Assembly (NCBI GenBank): GCA_033762295.1
Contig: JANRLW010000070.1
Location: 13,371 to 77,370 of the forward strand
Length of the DNA stretch: 64,000 bases
Source: Capsulimonadales bacterium
Lineage (GTDB): Bacteria > Armatimonadota > Armatimonadia > Armatimonadales > Armatimonadaceae
Direction of reading: 5' to 3'
The notes beneath the pieces are model-generated. The model saw only the letters and a program-made list of their open reading frames with translations. It did not search any database and was not told where the DNA came from. The position numbers and the translations under genes are program-made. This document shows positions 48,626 to 59,585 of this stretch, piece after piece. The number at the start of each line of letters is the position of its first letter. Within the stretch, counting starts at the first letter, position 1.

Positions 48626-49074
48626 GGTCTAGCGGTTTCCGGAAAGGGGAGAAGACGTCATCGAACGGATCACTGAAAACCGAGCAGTCGCCATGAATTC
48701 GCTTTCCTTATCACCCGTGGTCGTATGTTTCCCCGACCGTGTCGGACTCGCCGTCCGGACGACCTGAGGAAACGATGCTCCGTATTGATTATGGCACAAA
48801 TGAATGGAATTAATAGACGAGCGGAATTCTCACTGATTTTTGTATGTTATTCCGAAATTGATCAGTAGAGAAACGCTTCCTCTTTATTCCCCCTTTTCCG
48901 CGTTTTCAAACGGTTGGTAAAAGCAATTTCTTGCTTCGACGCCCTGTCGGCCCGAGGGTGTCCGACCCGGACCGGGGGAGGACGAACGGGCGGAACGGCG
49001 AAACGTCGGTGAAAGCGGCTCGCGGGCCGCTTTGCCCGATTTCCCGCGCCGGAGGCGGGAGAACAGGTCCGAAA

Positions 49075-50076
49075 ATGTATAAACGTTTGCGTTGGTTTAT
49101 CGTCTTTTTGCTGCTGCTGACGCTGGTGGCGGCCTATCTCGGCGGGACGGCCTACTGGCGATGGCTGCTCGCCCCGGCGGAGCCGACCGTCACCCGCCGT
49201 CAACGGATCGTGATCCCGCCCGGAGCGACGGTGACGGCGGTCGGGCAGCAGTTGGAACGGGAAGGCGTGATCCGTTCCGGACGCGCGTTCGCCTTCCTCG
49301 GCAAAGACCGGACGATCAAGCCGGGTACGTACGACCTTTCACCGTCGGAGACGCCGGTCGGCCTGCTGCGCCGCCTGGAAAAGGGCGATGTGGCGACGAA
49401 CCGGGTCACCTTCCCGGAGGGGTTCACCCTGCGCCAGATCGCCGCGCGACTCGCCCGGCAGGGCTTGATCGCCGACCCCGAGACGTTCCTTAACCTGACG
49501 ACGACCCGGGGGGGGACCTTCAAGGCGTCGTTCCGACCCCCGGCCAACCTGGAGGGCTACCTGTTTCCGGATACTTACCTTTTCCCGGTCGGCGATGACG
49601 ACCGACGGATCGCCCAGCGGATGCTCGATAACTTCGACCGGCTTTTCTCGCGCGGCAAGGCGGACGACATCCGGGACTCGGGCCGTACCCTGTCGGAACT
49701 GGTCAATGTGGCGGCGATGGTGGAGCGGGAGGCCGAGACGGAACCGGACCGGGCGACGATCGCGGGAGTTATCTATAACCGTCTGGCCCGAAAAATGCGT
49801 CTGGAGATCGATGCGACCGTCCAGTACGCGCGGGGACAGCACAAGAACCGTCTGCTGTTCCGGGACCTGGAAATCGATTCGCCGTACAACACGTACCGGG
49901 TGACCGGGCTGCCGGCGGGGCCGATCTGCTGTCCGGGACTGCCGAGCCTGGAGGCGGCGCTCCATCCGGAGAAGCACGACTACCTGTTTTACGTCGCCCG
50001 TCCGGACGGATCGCATGCGTTTTCGCGCACGTTCGCGGAGCATCAACGAAACATCGCCGAGATTCGCCGGAAATAA
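49075..50076 (+). CDS. mltG: Endolytic transglycosylase MltG
   Basis: TFPEG, LEGYLFPDTY, MVEREA, IYNRL, SPYNTY, GLPAGPI. Confidence 0.95.
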   Translation: MYKRLRWFIVFLLLLTLVAAYLGGTAYWRWLLAPAEPTVTRRQRIVIPPGATVTAVGQQLEREGVIRSGRAFAFLGKDRTIKPGTYDLSPSETPVGLLRRLEKGDVATNRVTFPEGFTLRQIAARLARQGLIADPETFLNLTTTRGGTFKASFRPPANLEGYLFPDTYLFPVGDDDRRIAQRMLDNFDRLFSRGKADDIRDSGRTLSELVNVAAMVEREAETEPDRATIAGVIYNRLARKMRLEIDATVQYARGQHKNRLLFRDLEIDSPYNTYRVTGLPAGPICCPGLPSLEAALHPEKHDYLFYVARPDGSHAFSRTFAEHQRNIAEIRRK

Positions 50077-50090
50077 CGAACGGAACCGCC

Positions 50091-50615
50091 ATGCTGAACT
50101 CGAACCTGAAACGCCTGATCACGCCGAACCGGATCGTCCGTCATGTGTCCGATGTGACGGTGGAGTCCCTGCGCGAACGGGGCGTCCGCGCCGTCGTCTC
50201 CGACCTGGATAACACGCTGGTCGCCTATCGTGAGGACCATGCGGCCGAGGAGATCGCGAACTGGCTTCGCCTGTTGCGGGAGGCCGGTTTCGGGGTCTGC
50301 CTCGCCTCAAACACGCGGAAACTATCGCGTCTGCGGCGGATCGCCGACCATTACGGCATCCTGCACGTTCCGGCGAACTGCGGGAAACCCGGCACAAAGG
50401 GTTTGCGTCAGGCGCTTCAACTCCTGAACGTCCCGGCGTCCGAAGCGGCGATGGTCGGCGATCAGGTCTTCACGGACATGGTCGCCGGGAACCGTCTGGG
50501 CATGTTGACCATTCTGGTCAACCCTCTGTCCCGGCAGGAGTTCCTCGGCACGACCCTGATCAGTCGTCGCCTGGAACGGGTGGTCCTGCGCGGCCCCCTC
50601 CGCCGCCCGGAATAG
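50091..50615 (+). CDS. yqeG: YqeG family HAD IIIA phosphatase
   Basis: DLDNTLV, SN, KP, VGDQVFTD..AGNRLG. Confidence 0.9.
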   Translation: MLNSNLKRLITPNRIVRHVSDVTVESLRERGVRAVVSDLDNTLVAYREDHAAEEIANWLRLLREAGFGVCLASNTRKLSRLRRIADHYGILHVPANCGKPGTKGLRQALQLLNVPASEAAMVGDQVFTDMVAGNRLGMLTILVNPLSRQEFLGTTLISRRLERVVLRGPLRRPE

Positions 50616-50648
50616 CGCCGTTCGAAACGATACAATAGGGAAGAAGCC

Positions 50649-51587
50649 ATGCCGCAAATCCCTTTCTGTATCGTTGATGCCTTTACCGAGACGCCGTTTC
50701 AGGGCAACCCCGCCGGGGTGTTCTTCGACGACGCCGGCCTGTTGAGCGACGAGGACGCCATGCGCCTCTGTGCCGAAGTCTCGCTCGAATCGGCGTTCGT
50801 GCTGCCGGTCGATCCGGCGGAGGCGGATTTCCGTTTGCGCTACTTCACCGCGGCCGGAGAGGTTCCGCTCTGCGGACATGCGACCGTCGCCGCCCTGACC
50901 GTCCTGGTCGATTCCGCGCGTACGGCTCCCCCTGCGACCCTGCGCATTCGTACCGAAGTCGGCATCCTGAGCGTCGATCTCCGGACCGCGCCGGACGGAC
51001 GGCTCGACATCACCCTGCATCAGAACGCCCCGCAGTTCGGCGAACCGCTCGCGGAACCGGACATCGAGGACCTCGCCGGGGTCCTGGGCATCGAAGCGGA
51101 ATCGATCCTCGCCACCGGGTTGCCCGTCCGTGTCGTCTCGACCGGTACTCCCTGGCTTCTGGTGCCGGTCGCCGATCGCGATTCCGTCGACAACAACCGC
51201 GCCCTCGAGAACGCCGCCGTCATCACGCACCTTTCCCGACGGGATGGCACGTTCGGTATCTATCTGTTCGCGGTCGAATGGGAGGAGACCGGAGTCGCCG
51301 TTTGGAGCCGTTGCTTCGCTCCGATCGCCGAACTTCCCGAGGACCCGGTCACCGGCAGCGGGTCCGGCGCGCTGGGAGCGTATCTGGCCGAGCAGGGCGT
51401 TCTGACCGTTCCGGACGACGGCGCGGCGAGTTTTACCGTTCGGCAGGGATTCGCGGGCGGGCGCGGCGGAACCGTGCGCGGACAGGTGGCACGGCGGGAC
51501 GGACACTGGCGCGCGTCCGTTACCGGCACCGCCCTGATTACCGCCGCAGGCATGTTCTCTCTGCCCGCACGCGACTCCCGGAGTTAA
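50649..51587 (+). CDS. PhzF family isomerase
   Basis: VDAFT..PFQGNPAGV, EVPLCGHAT, EDPVTGS. Confidence 0.92.
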   Translation: MPQIPFCIVDAFTETPFQGNPAGVFFDDAGLLSDEDAMRLCAEVSLESAFVLPVDPAEADFRLRYFTAAGEVPLCGHATVAALTVLVDSARTAPPATLRIRTEVGILSVDLRTAPDGRLDITLHQNAPQFGEPLAEPDIEDLAGVLGIEAESILATGLPVRVVSTGTPWLLVPVADRDSVDNNRALENAAVITHLSRRDGTFGIYLFAVEWEETGVAVWSRCFAPIAELPEDPVTGSGSGALGAYLAEQGVLTVPDDGAASFTVRQGFAGGRGGTVRGQVARRDGHWRASVTGTALITAAGMFSLPARDSRS

Positions 51588-51592
51588 CGGCC

Positions 51593-52504
51593 ATGTTTCA
51601 GGTAGCCGCCCTCTACAAGTTCTGCCCGATCCCGCCCGAACGCCTGCCGATCCTCCGCCAGGAAACGCTCGATTACTGCGCCGCGTCCGGGATACGCGGA
51701 CTGCTACTGCTCAGCGTCGAGGGGGTGAACGCGACCATGGCCGGACTCCCCGCCGCGATGGACGACTTTCTGACCTGGTTGCAGGCCGTTCCCGAGATCG
51801 GCGAATTGACCGTCAAGTTCAGCCGGGCCGATTCCTGGCCGTTCGAAAAACTGAAGGTCGATCTGCGCGAGGAGATCGTCGCCCTGAAGCGCCCCGACAT
51901 CGTTCCGCCGTCGGGAAATAATTATCATCTCTCGCCGGAGGAGTGGCACGCCTTCCTGAACTCGGACCGCGACTTCCTGCTGATCGACACCCGCAACACC
52001 TACGAGTCGGACATCGGGAAGTTTCGCGGAGCGATCACGCCGCCACTGGCGAACTTTTCCGACTTCCCGGAATACGTGCGACAGGCCGACATCCCGCGCG
52101 ACAGGACGATCCTGATGTACTGTACGGGCGGCATCCGCTGTGAGAAAGCGCTGATTTTCCTGCAGCAGGAGGGCTATCGGAACGTCTTTCAACTCGATGG
52201 CGGCATTCTGAACTATCTGGAAAAGTACCCCGACGGCGCGTGGGAGGGCGAGTGCTTCGTTTTTGACGAGCGGATCGCGGTCGATAACCATCTGCAGCCG
52301 ACACGCCGCTACCGTCGCTGCCCGCATTGCGGCGACCCGGCCACGGAATCGGTTCTCTGCGCCTTCTGCGGCGCGAACGGCTATAACTGCTCCCGCTGCG
52401 CCGTCCGTTCCGAGGCCGCCACCTGCTCAAAGAACTGCGCCTACCAGTTCCGGCTCCGACAGGCGAAGGAAAAATCTCCGGAAACGGGGAATAAAATGCC
52501 ATAA
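51593..52504 (+). CDS. trhO: Rhodanese-domain tRNA U34 hydroxylase (TrhO/YceA-like)
   Basis: EGVNAT, IDTRNTYE..IGKF.GA, MYCTGGIRCEKA, GECFVFDER. Confidence 0.88.
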   Translation: MFQVAALYKFCPIPPERLPILRQETLDYCAASGIRGLLLLSVEGVNATMAGLPAAMDDFLTWLQAVPEIGELTVKFSRADSWPFEKLKVDLREEIVALKRPDIVPPSGNNYHLSPEEWHAFLNSDRDFLLIDTRNTYESDIGKFRGAITPPLANFSDFPEYVRQADIPRDRTILMYCTGGIRCEKALIFLQQEGYRNVFQLDGGILNYLEKYPDGAWEGECFVFDERIAVDNHLQPTRRYRRCPHCGDPATESVLCAFCGANGYNCSRCAVRSEAATCSKNCAYQFRLRQAKEKSPETGNKMP

Positions 52505-52531
52505 TCAAGCGAGGGAGCAAAACAACGAGCG

Positions 52532-52792
52532 ATGACCAGTCAAAAGGAGGACCGATGGCTAATGGTGATCGCGTCCGCCTGCGCCCTCCTGTTCTGTGTT
52601 ACCGTGCATCGTCTCCGGCCCCTGCCGCCGATCGATCTCTTCCCCGACCGCGACCGCCTCACCCGACAGGCCCGCGCCTTCCTGAACGAACTCGGACTAC
52701 CGGCGGACCGTGCCGAACTCCAAAACATATCGCTGTCCGTCCCGAAACCGCCCCCCGACCCGCCTGAATCGATCCGCCCGGCGCCGGTATAA
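52532..52792 (+). CDS. Short hypothetical membrane protein, possibly a remnant
   Basis: RBS-like GGGAG upstream, one TM, 86 aa. Confidence 0.35.
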   Translation: MTSQKEDRWLMVIASACALLFCVTVHRLRPLPPIDLFPDRDRLTRQARAFLNELGLPADRAELQNISLSVPKPPPDPPESIRPAPV

Positions 52793-52851
52793 TCTACCGG
52801 GGAATCGGACTGCCGAACGGCGGACCGGGCATTGTTGAAAGGCGGAATTCC

Positions 52852-54435
52852 ATGAAGCAAAACGCGGCCTTCCTGATACTGGCGATGGGATGGGTGATCC
52901 TCGCGCCGGTGTCGGCGCAGACCGAGGCGACCGGAATCGTTTATGACGACCGGAACGGTAACGGCAAACGCGATCCCGGAGAACCCGGCCTTCCGGGCGT
53001 GCCGGTCTCCAACGGGCAGGAGGTCGCGCGGACCGATGATGCCGGTCGCTACCGGCTGCCGGTGACCGACGACACGGTTCTTTTCGTGATCAAGCCGCGA
53101 GACCGGATGCCGCCGCTCGATCCGTACGGCGTGCCTCGTTCGTTCTACCTACATAAACCCAAGGGATCGCCCGCGATGAAGTACCCCGGCGTCGCCCCGA
53201 CCGGACCGCTCCCTGCCTCGATCGATTTCCCGCTCCGGAAAACCCCGGAACCGGACAAGTTCCGCGTCGTGATGCTCGGGGATACGCAGGGCACCGGAAA
53301 TGACGGCTTCTACGGCGTCGGCAAACTGGCCACCGAGGAACTGGCCGGGGAATCGTTCGCGTTCGGAATGACCCTGGGCGATATCACCTGGGATGATCTG
53401 ACCGGCTTCCAGCCGATGAAAGAGGCCGTCGGCGTTCTCAAACGTCCCTGGTTCTACGTTCTGGGCAACCACGATATGAACATGGACGTCCCCGATTTCG
53501 ACCATGCCGACGAGACGTTCGAACGGCATTTCGGCCCGTCGTATTACGCGTTCGACTATGGCCCGGTTCACTTCCTCGTTCTGCACAATGTCGAGTACCG
53601 GGGAACCTCGGCTTTTCAATCCCCGCTGGGGCGGCGGGAGTTGACTTTCCTGCGGAACGATCTCGCCCTGGTCCCGAAGGAGCGTCTGGTCGTCCTGTCG
53701 AGCCACTTCTCCCTCTGGGATATGCCGGAAGCCGACCGGAAAGCCCTCTTCGCGCTGTTGAAAGACCGCCCGAACGTCTTCCATATCTGCGGTCACTGGC
53801 ATATGAACCAGCATTTCTTCGTGACGAAGGAGCAGGGCTGGGAGGGGCCGAACCCGCTGCATCATCTGGTCGCCGGGGCCGTTTGCGGCTCCTGGTGGCA
53901 GGGAGAGCATGACGAATGGGGTCAGCCGCAGGCCATGATGCGTTGCGGCGCGCCGAAGGGGTACTGGTTCGCGACCTTCGAGGGGAATCGCTACTCGCTG
54001 GAGTTCAAACCGTCCCAGCGTCCGGCAAGCTTCGGGCTGTCGATCTACGTCCCGGCGGACAACGAATGGGACCCCGAAAGCAACCCGCCCGCGGACGCCG
54101 ACCGGAACGAGGTGCTCGTCAATGTGTTCGCCGGCTCGGCGCGTTCGACCGTCGAGATGCAGGTCGATGACGGCGAGTGGACGCGTCTCGATCGGGTGGA
54201 CCGACCCGATCCGTATTTCGCCCGCCTGATCCGGCTGCAGAACCTGAAACGGTACCCGACGAAAAAGGCGTCCGCCTACGGACCCGGTATCGGCAACTCG
54301 CCGCACCTCTGGCGCGGCGAGTTGCCTGCGAACCTGTCCCCCGGAGCGCACCTGATCCGTGTCCGAACCACGGATATGTTCGGCCACCGGTACGAGGGCT
54401 ATCAGGTCTACAAAAAAGAGACGTCGCGCAATTAA
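52852..54435 (+). CDS. Secreted calcineurin-like metallophosphoesterase
   Basis: GDTQ, LGDI, GNHD, SH, GHWH; N-terminal DDRNGNG SdrD-like domain. Confidence 0.88.
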   Translation: MKQNAAFLILAMGWVILAPVSAQTEATGIVYDDRNGNGKRDPGEPGLPGVPVSNGQEVARTDDAGRYRLPVTDDTVLFVIKPRDRMPPLDPYGVPRSFYLHKPKGSPAMKYPGVAPTGPLPASIDFPLRKTPEPDKFRVVMLGDTQGTGNDGFYGVGKLATEELAGESFAFGMTLGDITWDDLTGFQPMKEAVGVLKRPWFYVLGNHDMNMDVPDFDHADETFERHFGPSYYAFDYGPVHFLVLHNVEYRGTSAFQSPLGRRELTFLRNDLALVPKERLVVLSSHFSLWDMPEADRKALFALLKDRPNVFHICGHWHMNQHFFVTKEQGWEGPNPLHHLVAGAVCGSWWQGEHDEWGQPQAMMRCGAPKGYWFATFEGNRYSLEFKPSQRPASFGLSIYVPADNEWDPESNPPADADRNEVLVNVFAGSARSTVEMQVDDGEWTRLDRVDRPDPYFARLIRLQNLKRYPTKKASAYGPGIGNSPHLWRGELPANLSPGAHLIRVRTTDMFGHRYEGYQVYKKETSRN

Positions 54436-56900
54436 CGATCCTGGCCGATCGTGATCGCGCTGCGGACGACGCCCGGGTACGGTGTGTCCTTGCCCTTGAA
54501 ATGGTGCCACAGCACCCGGTTCATCCGGTCCTCGTCGGCGACCGTCAGGCGGTCGTAGCCGCTCAGGTCGATCTTCGAGGATTCGGCCGCGCCGACCGCG
54601 CTCCCCGGGTTCTTCGCCATCAGGTCGATTCGCGCCGGAAGGGCGGTATACGGGGTCAGGTCGGCCTTATCGGTGAACGCGTTGAACATCGGCGTCGCGG
54701 CGGCGGTGTACTGCGTCATCGGGGTCAGGCCGAAGATCAGTTCGATCGAGCGCAGCATCGAGGCCGTGCCGTACATGGTACTGTCGACCGTTTTACGCCG
54801 GGTGTAGGGCGAGATCACCAGCCCGACCGTCCGGTGGCTGTCCACATGGTCCGGCGCGTTCTGGGCGTCGTCCTCGATCACGAAGATGGCGAACCGGTTC
54901 CAGAGCGGACTTTTGCTGATCGCCTCCACGATCTTGCCGAGACCGACATCGTTCGATCCGACGCAGGCCTGCGGGGTGAACTTGCCGGGCGCGGAGAAGT
55001 CGGTGTGGTCCTCGCCGAGCGACATGATCATGAAGTTCGGGACGCGATTTTCCCGGACCATTTCCTGGAACTCGCGGACGAAAACATCGGCCTTCTCGAA
55101 GTCGCGCCCGGGCGGGTTCTGTCCCGGTTTGACCTTGCCGATATACTCCTCGCTGATGTCCTTGCCGAACGAGGGGTGCTGGTCGTACTCGCCGTAGGAG
55201 CGGACGGTCAGCCCCTTGCGTTTGCAGGCCTCCCAGATATAACCGCCCTTGGACTCGTTGACCTTTTCGTTTTCGTTCAGTTCACCGTGTCCGGAGTACC
55301 CGACGACCCAGGCGCGCTGGTTGAACGACGTCGAGATCCCCTGTGTGCTCCACGGATGACCGTCCTGCGAAACCTCGCCGTTGCAGTAGAGATTGTCGAG
55401 CAGAACGAACTGTTCGGCGAGCGCATGGTGGTTGGGCGTGATCTCGCGCGGGAAGTAGCAGAGCGTCTTATCGCCGTTCCCCTGCGGCAGATCGCCGAAC
55501 ACCTGGTCGTAGGTACGGTTCTCCTTGATGATGTAGAGAACGTGCTTGATCGGGGACGCATCGCCGACCTTGCGCGGAATCGCCGTCTTTCGGTCGCTTT
55601 CGGCCCGTGTCAACTGGCTGTCCCGATAGGGAACGTTGTCGCGCACGATCTTCGTGTAGTCGGCCAGACGGGCTTCGTCGGGAACGTCGACAAAGGACAG
55701 CAGGCCCCGGAGCAGAGCGCCATGGTAGGTGTAACTGCCGTCCGGGATCGGGCCGCGGTTGGCCGGTCCGTTCGGGCCGGTGCCGGTGCCCTTGCCGGTG
55801 CCGATCACGAGCTTGCCGCCGTCCGGAGTCACGCAGACCGCCGTCGGGTACCAGCCGGTCGGGAGGAAACCGCGCACCCGACTTTGCCCTCGTTTCGCGG
55901 TATCGATAACGCAAACACTGTTATTGTCGGCGTTCGCCGCGTAGAGCGTTTTACCGTCGGGAGAGAGCGCCAGAGCGTTGGGGGTGGAACCGTAGGGCGC
56001 TTTCGGCGAGAGGGTCGTGCGAACGGTCTCCATCCGCTTGCCGGTCTTCAGATCGTGGACGGTGACGGAGTCATCGCCCGCGTTGCAGACGAACAGGCGA
56101 TTATCGGCGGATATGGTCAGGTCGTTGGGATGGAGTCCGACGGGGATTTTTCCGGAGACGGTCGGCTTTTCGCGGTCGCGCACATCGACCACCGCGATCT
56201 CCTTCCCGCCCCAGCAGGCGACATACAGCGTGCCGCCGTCGCGACCGAGACGGCAGACCCCCGGATGGTCTCCGACGGGCATCCGGGCAAGCGTCCGCCC
56301 GGTTGCGGCGTCGAGCGCATAGAGATGATCATCGCTGTTGTTGGCCGCGAACAGGGTTTTGCCGTCGGCGGAGAGCGTGATCCCTCCGATACAGGTCCGT
56401 TCGCGCCGGTTGCCGGTCAGTTGGAACGGTTTGTCCTCGGCCCAGCCGCCATCGGCCTTCCGGGTGAAGATCAGGATATCGCCATCCGGGTTGCTCGAAC
56501 CGCCGGAGAGGAACAGACGATCGCCCTCCGGTGACCAGGCGATGCCGTTCCAGGCGCGTCGAACCGGGAACGAGGCGACCTCTTTTTCGGTCACGGGGTC
56601 GATCAGGTGCAGGGCGTAGCTGTTGAAGCCGGAATTGACGAACGCCAGCTGTTTTCCGTCGGGACTGAAGGCGTTGGCGAGCGGGAAGTCGCCGAGAGAA
56701 AGGGAGCGACCGACCGGACGAACGCGCCAGCCGTTGTGCAGCATCAGGTCCTCCCCGATCTGACCGGGAACGAGAATACGTTCGCCGGAAACCGGGTGAC
56801 GGACAAACGCGGAGCGGACGGCGGGCAGCGCGGCCAGAGCGCAGAGACTGCCGACACCGGTCAGGCCGAGAAAGAGGGACAGGAACAGGGAACGGCGCAT
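54432..56900 (-). CDS. YVTN/YncE beta-propeller plus phosphoesterase (alkaline-phosphatase-like) protein
   Basis: VGLHPNDL, PTGWYPT, IKHVLYIIKENRTYDQVFGD, EDDAQN..DHVDSHR. Confidence 0.88.
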   Translation of the reverse strand: MRRSLFLSLFLGLTGVGSLCALAALPAVRSAFVRHPVSGERILVPGQIGEDLMLHNGWRVRPVGRSLSLGDFPLANAFSPDGKQLAFVNSGFNSYALHLIDPVTEKEVASFPVRRAWNGIAWSPEGDRLFLSGGSSNPDGDILIFTRKADGGWAEDKPFQLTGNRRERTCIGGITLSADGKTLFAANNSDDHLYALDAATGRTLARMPVGDHPGVCRLGRDGGTLYVACWGGKEIAVVDVRDREKPTVSGKIPVGLHPNDLTISADNRLFVCNAGDDSVTVHDLKTGKRMETVRTTLSPKAPYGSTPNALALSPDGKTLYAANADNNSVCVIDTAKRGQSRVRGFLPTGWYPTAVCVTPDGGKLVIGTGKGTGTGPNGPANRGPIPDGSYTYHGALLRGLLSFVDVPDEARLADYTKIVRDNVPYRDSQLTRAESDRKTAIPRKVGDASPIKHVLYIIKENRTYDQVFGDLPQGNGDKTLCYFPREITPNHHALAEQFVLLDNLYCNGEVSQDGHPWSTQGISTSFNQRAWVVGYSGHGELNENEKVNESKGGYIWEACKRKGLTVRSYGEYDQHPSFGKDISEEYIGKVKPGQNPPGRDFEKADVFVREFQEMVRENRVPNFMIMSLGEDHTDFSAPGKFTPQACVGSNDVGLGKIVEAISKSPLWNRFAIFVIEDDAQNAPDHVDSHRTVGLVISPYTRRKTVDSTMYGTASMLRSIELIFGLTPMTQYTAAATPMFNAFTDKADLTPYTALPARIDLMAKNPGSAVGAAESSKIDLSGYDRLTVADEDRMNRVLWHHFKGKDTPYPGVVRSAITIGQDR

Positions 56901-57224
56901 GGACACCTCCGGACAATGCAAAAACCGGGTCTCCTCCGCACGACGAGGAGACAAAATCTCTTACCGTATCCATCTTAACGATGCCCGGTCCTCCCTGTCA
57001 ATCGGCCGGACGGGGCCGCCGTCACCGAAACCGATCCGGCTTGATGACACGAACAGCACAAACAGAAGGGTGACCTTTTAGGGACGATATCTCCGTCGAT
57101 ACGTTCGTACCCTTTGTCGAAAAGCCACTCCGCCGCAACAAGACCTTCCACTGGATCGATATTCCACCGCCATACGGGGGACGGTTCGATGATCCGTGGT
57201 ACGGTCGGTCCGCCTGACGGTCGG

Positions 57225-58460
57225 TTACGACGGCGATTCGGCGGGCGGTTCCTGCCATTTGCCGTCGGATTTGATCAGCGCGATCAGTTCCGCGACGCCC
57301 TGCTCCTGCGCGACGGTCTTCAGCGGCTCGCGCTTGCGATACAGCGTGATCTGTCCGCCGCCCTTGCCGACGTAGCCGTAGTCGGCATCCGCCATCTCAC
57401 CGGGGCCGTTTACGATACATCCCATAATCGCTATATCGACGCCTACGAGGTGTCGGGTAGCATTTCGGACTTCGTTCAGTACGGTAGGGAGATCGAATTT
57501 CGTGCGCCCGCAGGAAGGACAGGCGATGTACTCCACCTGGGTCTTGCGCAGACCGAGGGACTGCAAAATCTCGTAGCAGACGGGAAGCTCGTTGATCGGG
57601 TCTTCGGCCAGCGAGACGCGGATCGTGTCGCCGATCCCTTCCGAAAGCAGGGTCGCGATTCCGGCGGTCGACTTGACGCGGGCATACTGGCCGTCGCCCG
57701 CCTCGGTGACCCCCAGATGGAGCGGGTAGTCCATGCCCTCCTCCTCCATCCGCTTGACCATCAGACGGTTCGCGGCGACCATGATCGGGACGCGCGACGC
57801 CTTAAGCGAGATCACCAGATTCCGATAGCCATGCTTCTCGCAGATACGGAGGTACTCCATCGCCGATTCGACCATGCCCTGCGGCGTATCCCCGTAGGTG
57901 ACGAGCATCCGTTCGGCCAGCGATCCGTGATTGACTCCGATGCGCATGGCGATATCGCGCCGCCGGCAGACCTCGATGACCGGGATCAGACTTTCCTCGA
58001 TCGCGGTTCGCTGCTCCTCATGCTCCTGCTCGGTAAACTCCGCCTTGCCGGTATGCTTGTGGAACACGAAGAGGCCGGGGTTGATCCGAACCTTGTCGAC
58101 GAACTCGGCGACGATCTGTGCGATCTTCGTTCCCTGGTGGTGAACATCGGCGACCAGGGGGACGCTGCCCGTCAAAAGACGCTGTTCGACCTTTTGTTTG
58201 ATTTCGGCCAGACACTGCGCTTCCTCAACCGTCGGGGTGGTGACGCGGACAATCTCCGCCCCGGCACGGTACATGGCGATGATCTGACGGACACAGGCAT
58301 CGACATTCCGGGTCTCCTCGGTGATCATCGATTGAACGACGACCGGGTGGTCGCCGCCGATCGTCACATTACCGACACGCACCGGGCGGGTCTTGCGCCG
58401 GGGAAAAGTCAGCGGCAGGGCATCGTACGGGCCGGGCATCGGATGGTCAAGGTTGCTCAT
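57225..58460 (-). CDS. ispG: (E)-4-hydroxy-3-methylbut-2-enyl-diphosphate synthase
   Basis: [48 protein letters not shown]. Confidence 0.97.
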   Translation of the reverse strand: MSNLDHPMPGPYDALPLTFPRRKTRPVRVGNVTIGGDHPVVVQSMITEETRNVDACVRQIIAMYRAGAEIVRVTTPTVEEAQCLAEIKQKVEQRLLTGSVPLVADVHHQGTKIAQIVAEFVDKVRINPGLFVFHKHTGKAEFTEQEHEEQRTAIEESLIPVIEVCRRRDIAMRIGVNHGSLAERMLVTYGDTPQGMVESAMEYLRICEKHGYRNLVISLKASRVPIMVAANRLMVKRMEEEGMDYPLHLGVTEAGDGQYARVKSTAGIATLLSEGIGDTIRVSLAEDPINELPVCYEILQSLGLRKTQVEYIACPSCGRTKFDLPTVLNEVRNATRHLVGVDIAIMGCIVNGPGEMADADYGYVGKGGGQITLYRKREPLKTVAQEQGVAELIALIKSDGKWQEPPAESPS

Positions 58461-58524
58461 GGCATCATTGTACCAGCGGTTCGGGGCCGACGTACCTGTC
58501 AGGAAACCATGAAAACCGCGTTCC

Positions 58525-58887
58525 TTACCCCGTCTCGACGGTACGTCCCCGTTTTTTCGGCGCGTGAATCCGCCAGGCATCGGTCAGGAGTTCGGTCAGG
58601 TGGTCGAGATCGATCGCCGTCAGCCGCACCAGCACCGCCGGGTAACCGCGATAGTGGTCGTCAGTGAAGAACCGGTCGGGAAAGGCGGCGATCATCGCGA
58701 GTTTCTCATCGACGTTCGCGACCCGGACGGCCAGCACATCGTCGTGCCGAACGCGCCCCTTTTGCCCCGGCACCTTCTCCATATAGATCCAGGCGATTCC
58801 CTTCTCCCCGACCCGGAAGCCGGTTTCCTCCGCCACCGTTCCCGGCAGCGACAAGGCAATCCGACGCGCGTCCTCAAAATCGGGCAT
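58525..58887 (-). CDS. MmcQ/YjbR family protein
   Basis: [29 protein letters not shown]. Confidence 0.85.
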   Translation of the reverse strand: MPDFEDARRIALSLPGTVAEETGFRVGEKGIAWIYMEKVPGQKGRVRHDDVLAVRVANVDEKLAMIAAFPDRFFTDDHYRGYPAVLVRLTAIDLDHLTELLTDAWRIHAPKKRGRTVETG

Positions 58888-58898
58888 GGGATTCTCCT

Positions 58899-59495
58899 TC
58901 AGGGCAACAGGTCGGCGACGGCGAGGGGGCGGTCCGGCGCGGAGAGCGGCGCAATTCGCTCCGATTCGCCGAAAGAAAGGCCGGTCTCCCAGCCGTCGGA
59001 GTGCGGATGGCGGAAGACATCGACACAGCGATCGCGCAGGTTCACGATCCAGTACTCGGGAACTCCGGCGTCCGCATAAAGACGGCTTTTGTTTCGACGG
59101 TCGGTCAGAAGCGTGGAGTTCGCGACTTCGATCAGCAGTAACACGTCCTCCGGACCGGGATGCCGTCGGGCGTACTCCCGAATACTGCCGCGCAGGACGA
59201 GGACATCCGGTTGCGGGGCGTCGTTCTCGGAGAGGACGAGCGGGTTTTCGCTCTTAAAGGTGACGTCCGTTCCGGCAAAGGCAGCGACCATCGCAGCGCG
59301 AACCAGTTCGACCGTGGCGGAGTGCGGCGGATCGGTCGGCATAATTCGGAGGATCTCCCCTTGAATCAGTTCGAGACGTTCTTCAGGGGCGAAAATGCCC
59401 AGGCGGGCCAGACGGAAGAACTCTTCGACCGTCCAGCGGCGCGGACCGGGCATTTCCTCCGGGAAGGATGCAGGGACTATCGGTCGAATGGACAT
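58899..59495 (-). CDS. Uma2 family endonuclease
   Basis: RLELIQGEI, PQPDV, LLIEVA, KSRLYADAGVPEYWIVNL. Confidence 0.9.
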   Translation of the reverse strand: MSIRPIVPASFPEEMPGPRRWTVEEFFRLARLGIFAPEERLELIQGEILRIMPTDPPHSATVELVRAAMVAAFAGTDVTFKSENPLVLSENDAPQPDVLVLRGSIREYARRHPGPEDVLLLIEVANSTLLTDRRNKSRLYADAGVPEYWIVNLRDRCVDVFRHPHSDGWETGLSFGESERIAPLSAPDRPLAVADLLP

Positions 59496-59585
59496 TCCGC
59501 TTCTCCTGACGTCATTATAAGCCATCAGCCTCCCCAACTCCGAGCGGGGGAACGGAAGCGGAACGACATCTTATCCCGAAGGAGC

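Noticed and set aside
58899..59495. Uma2 nuclease as a defence system
   Set aside because: Common standalone multicopy family with no partner genes here
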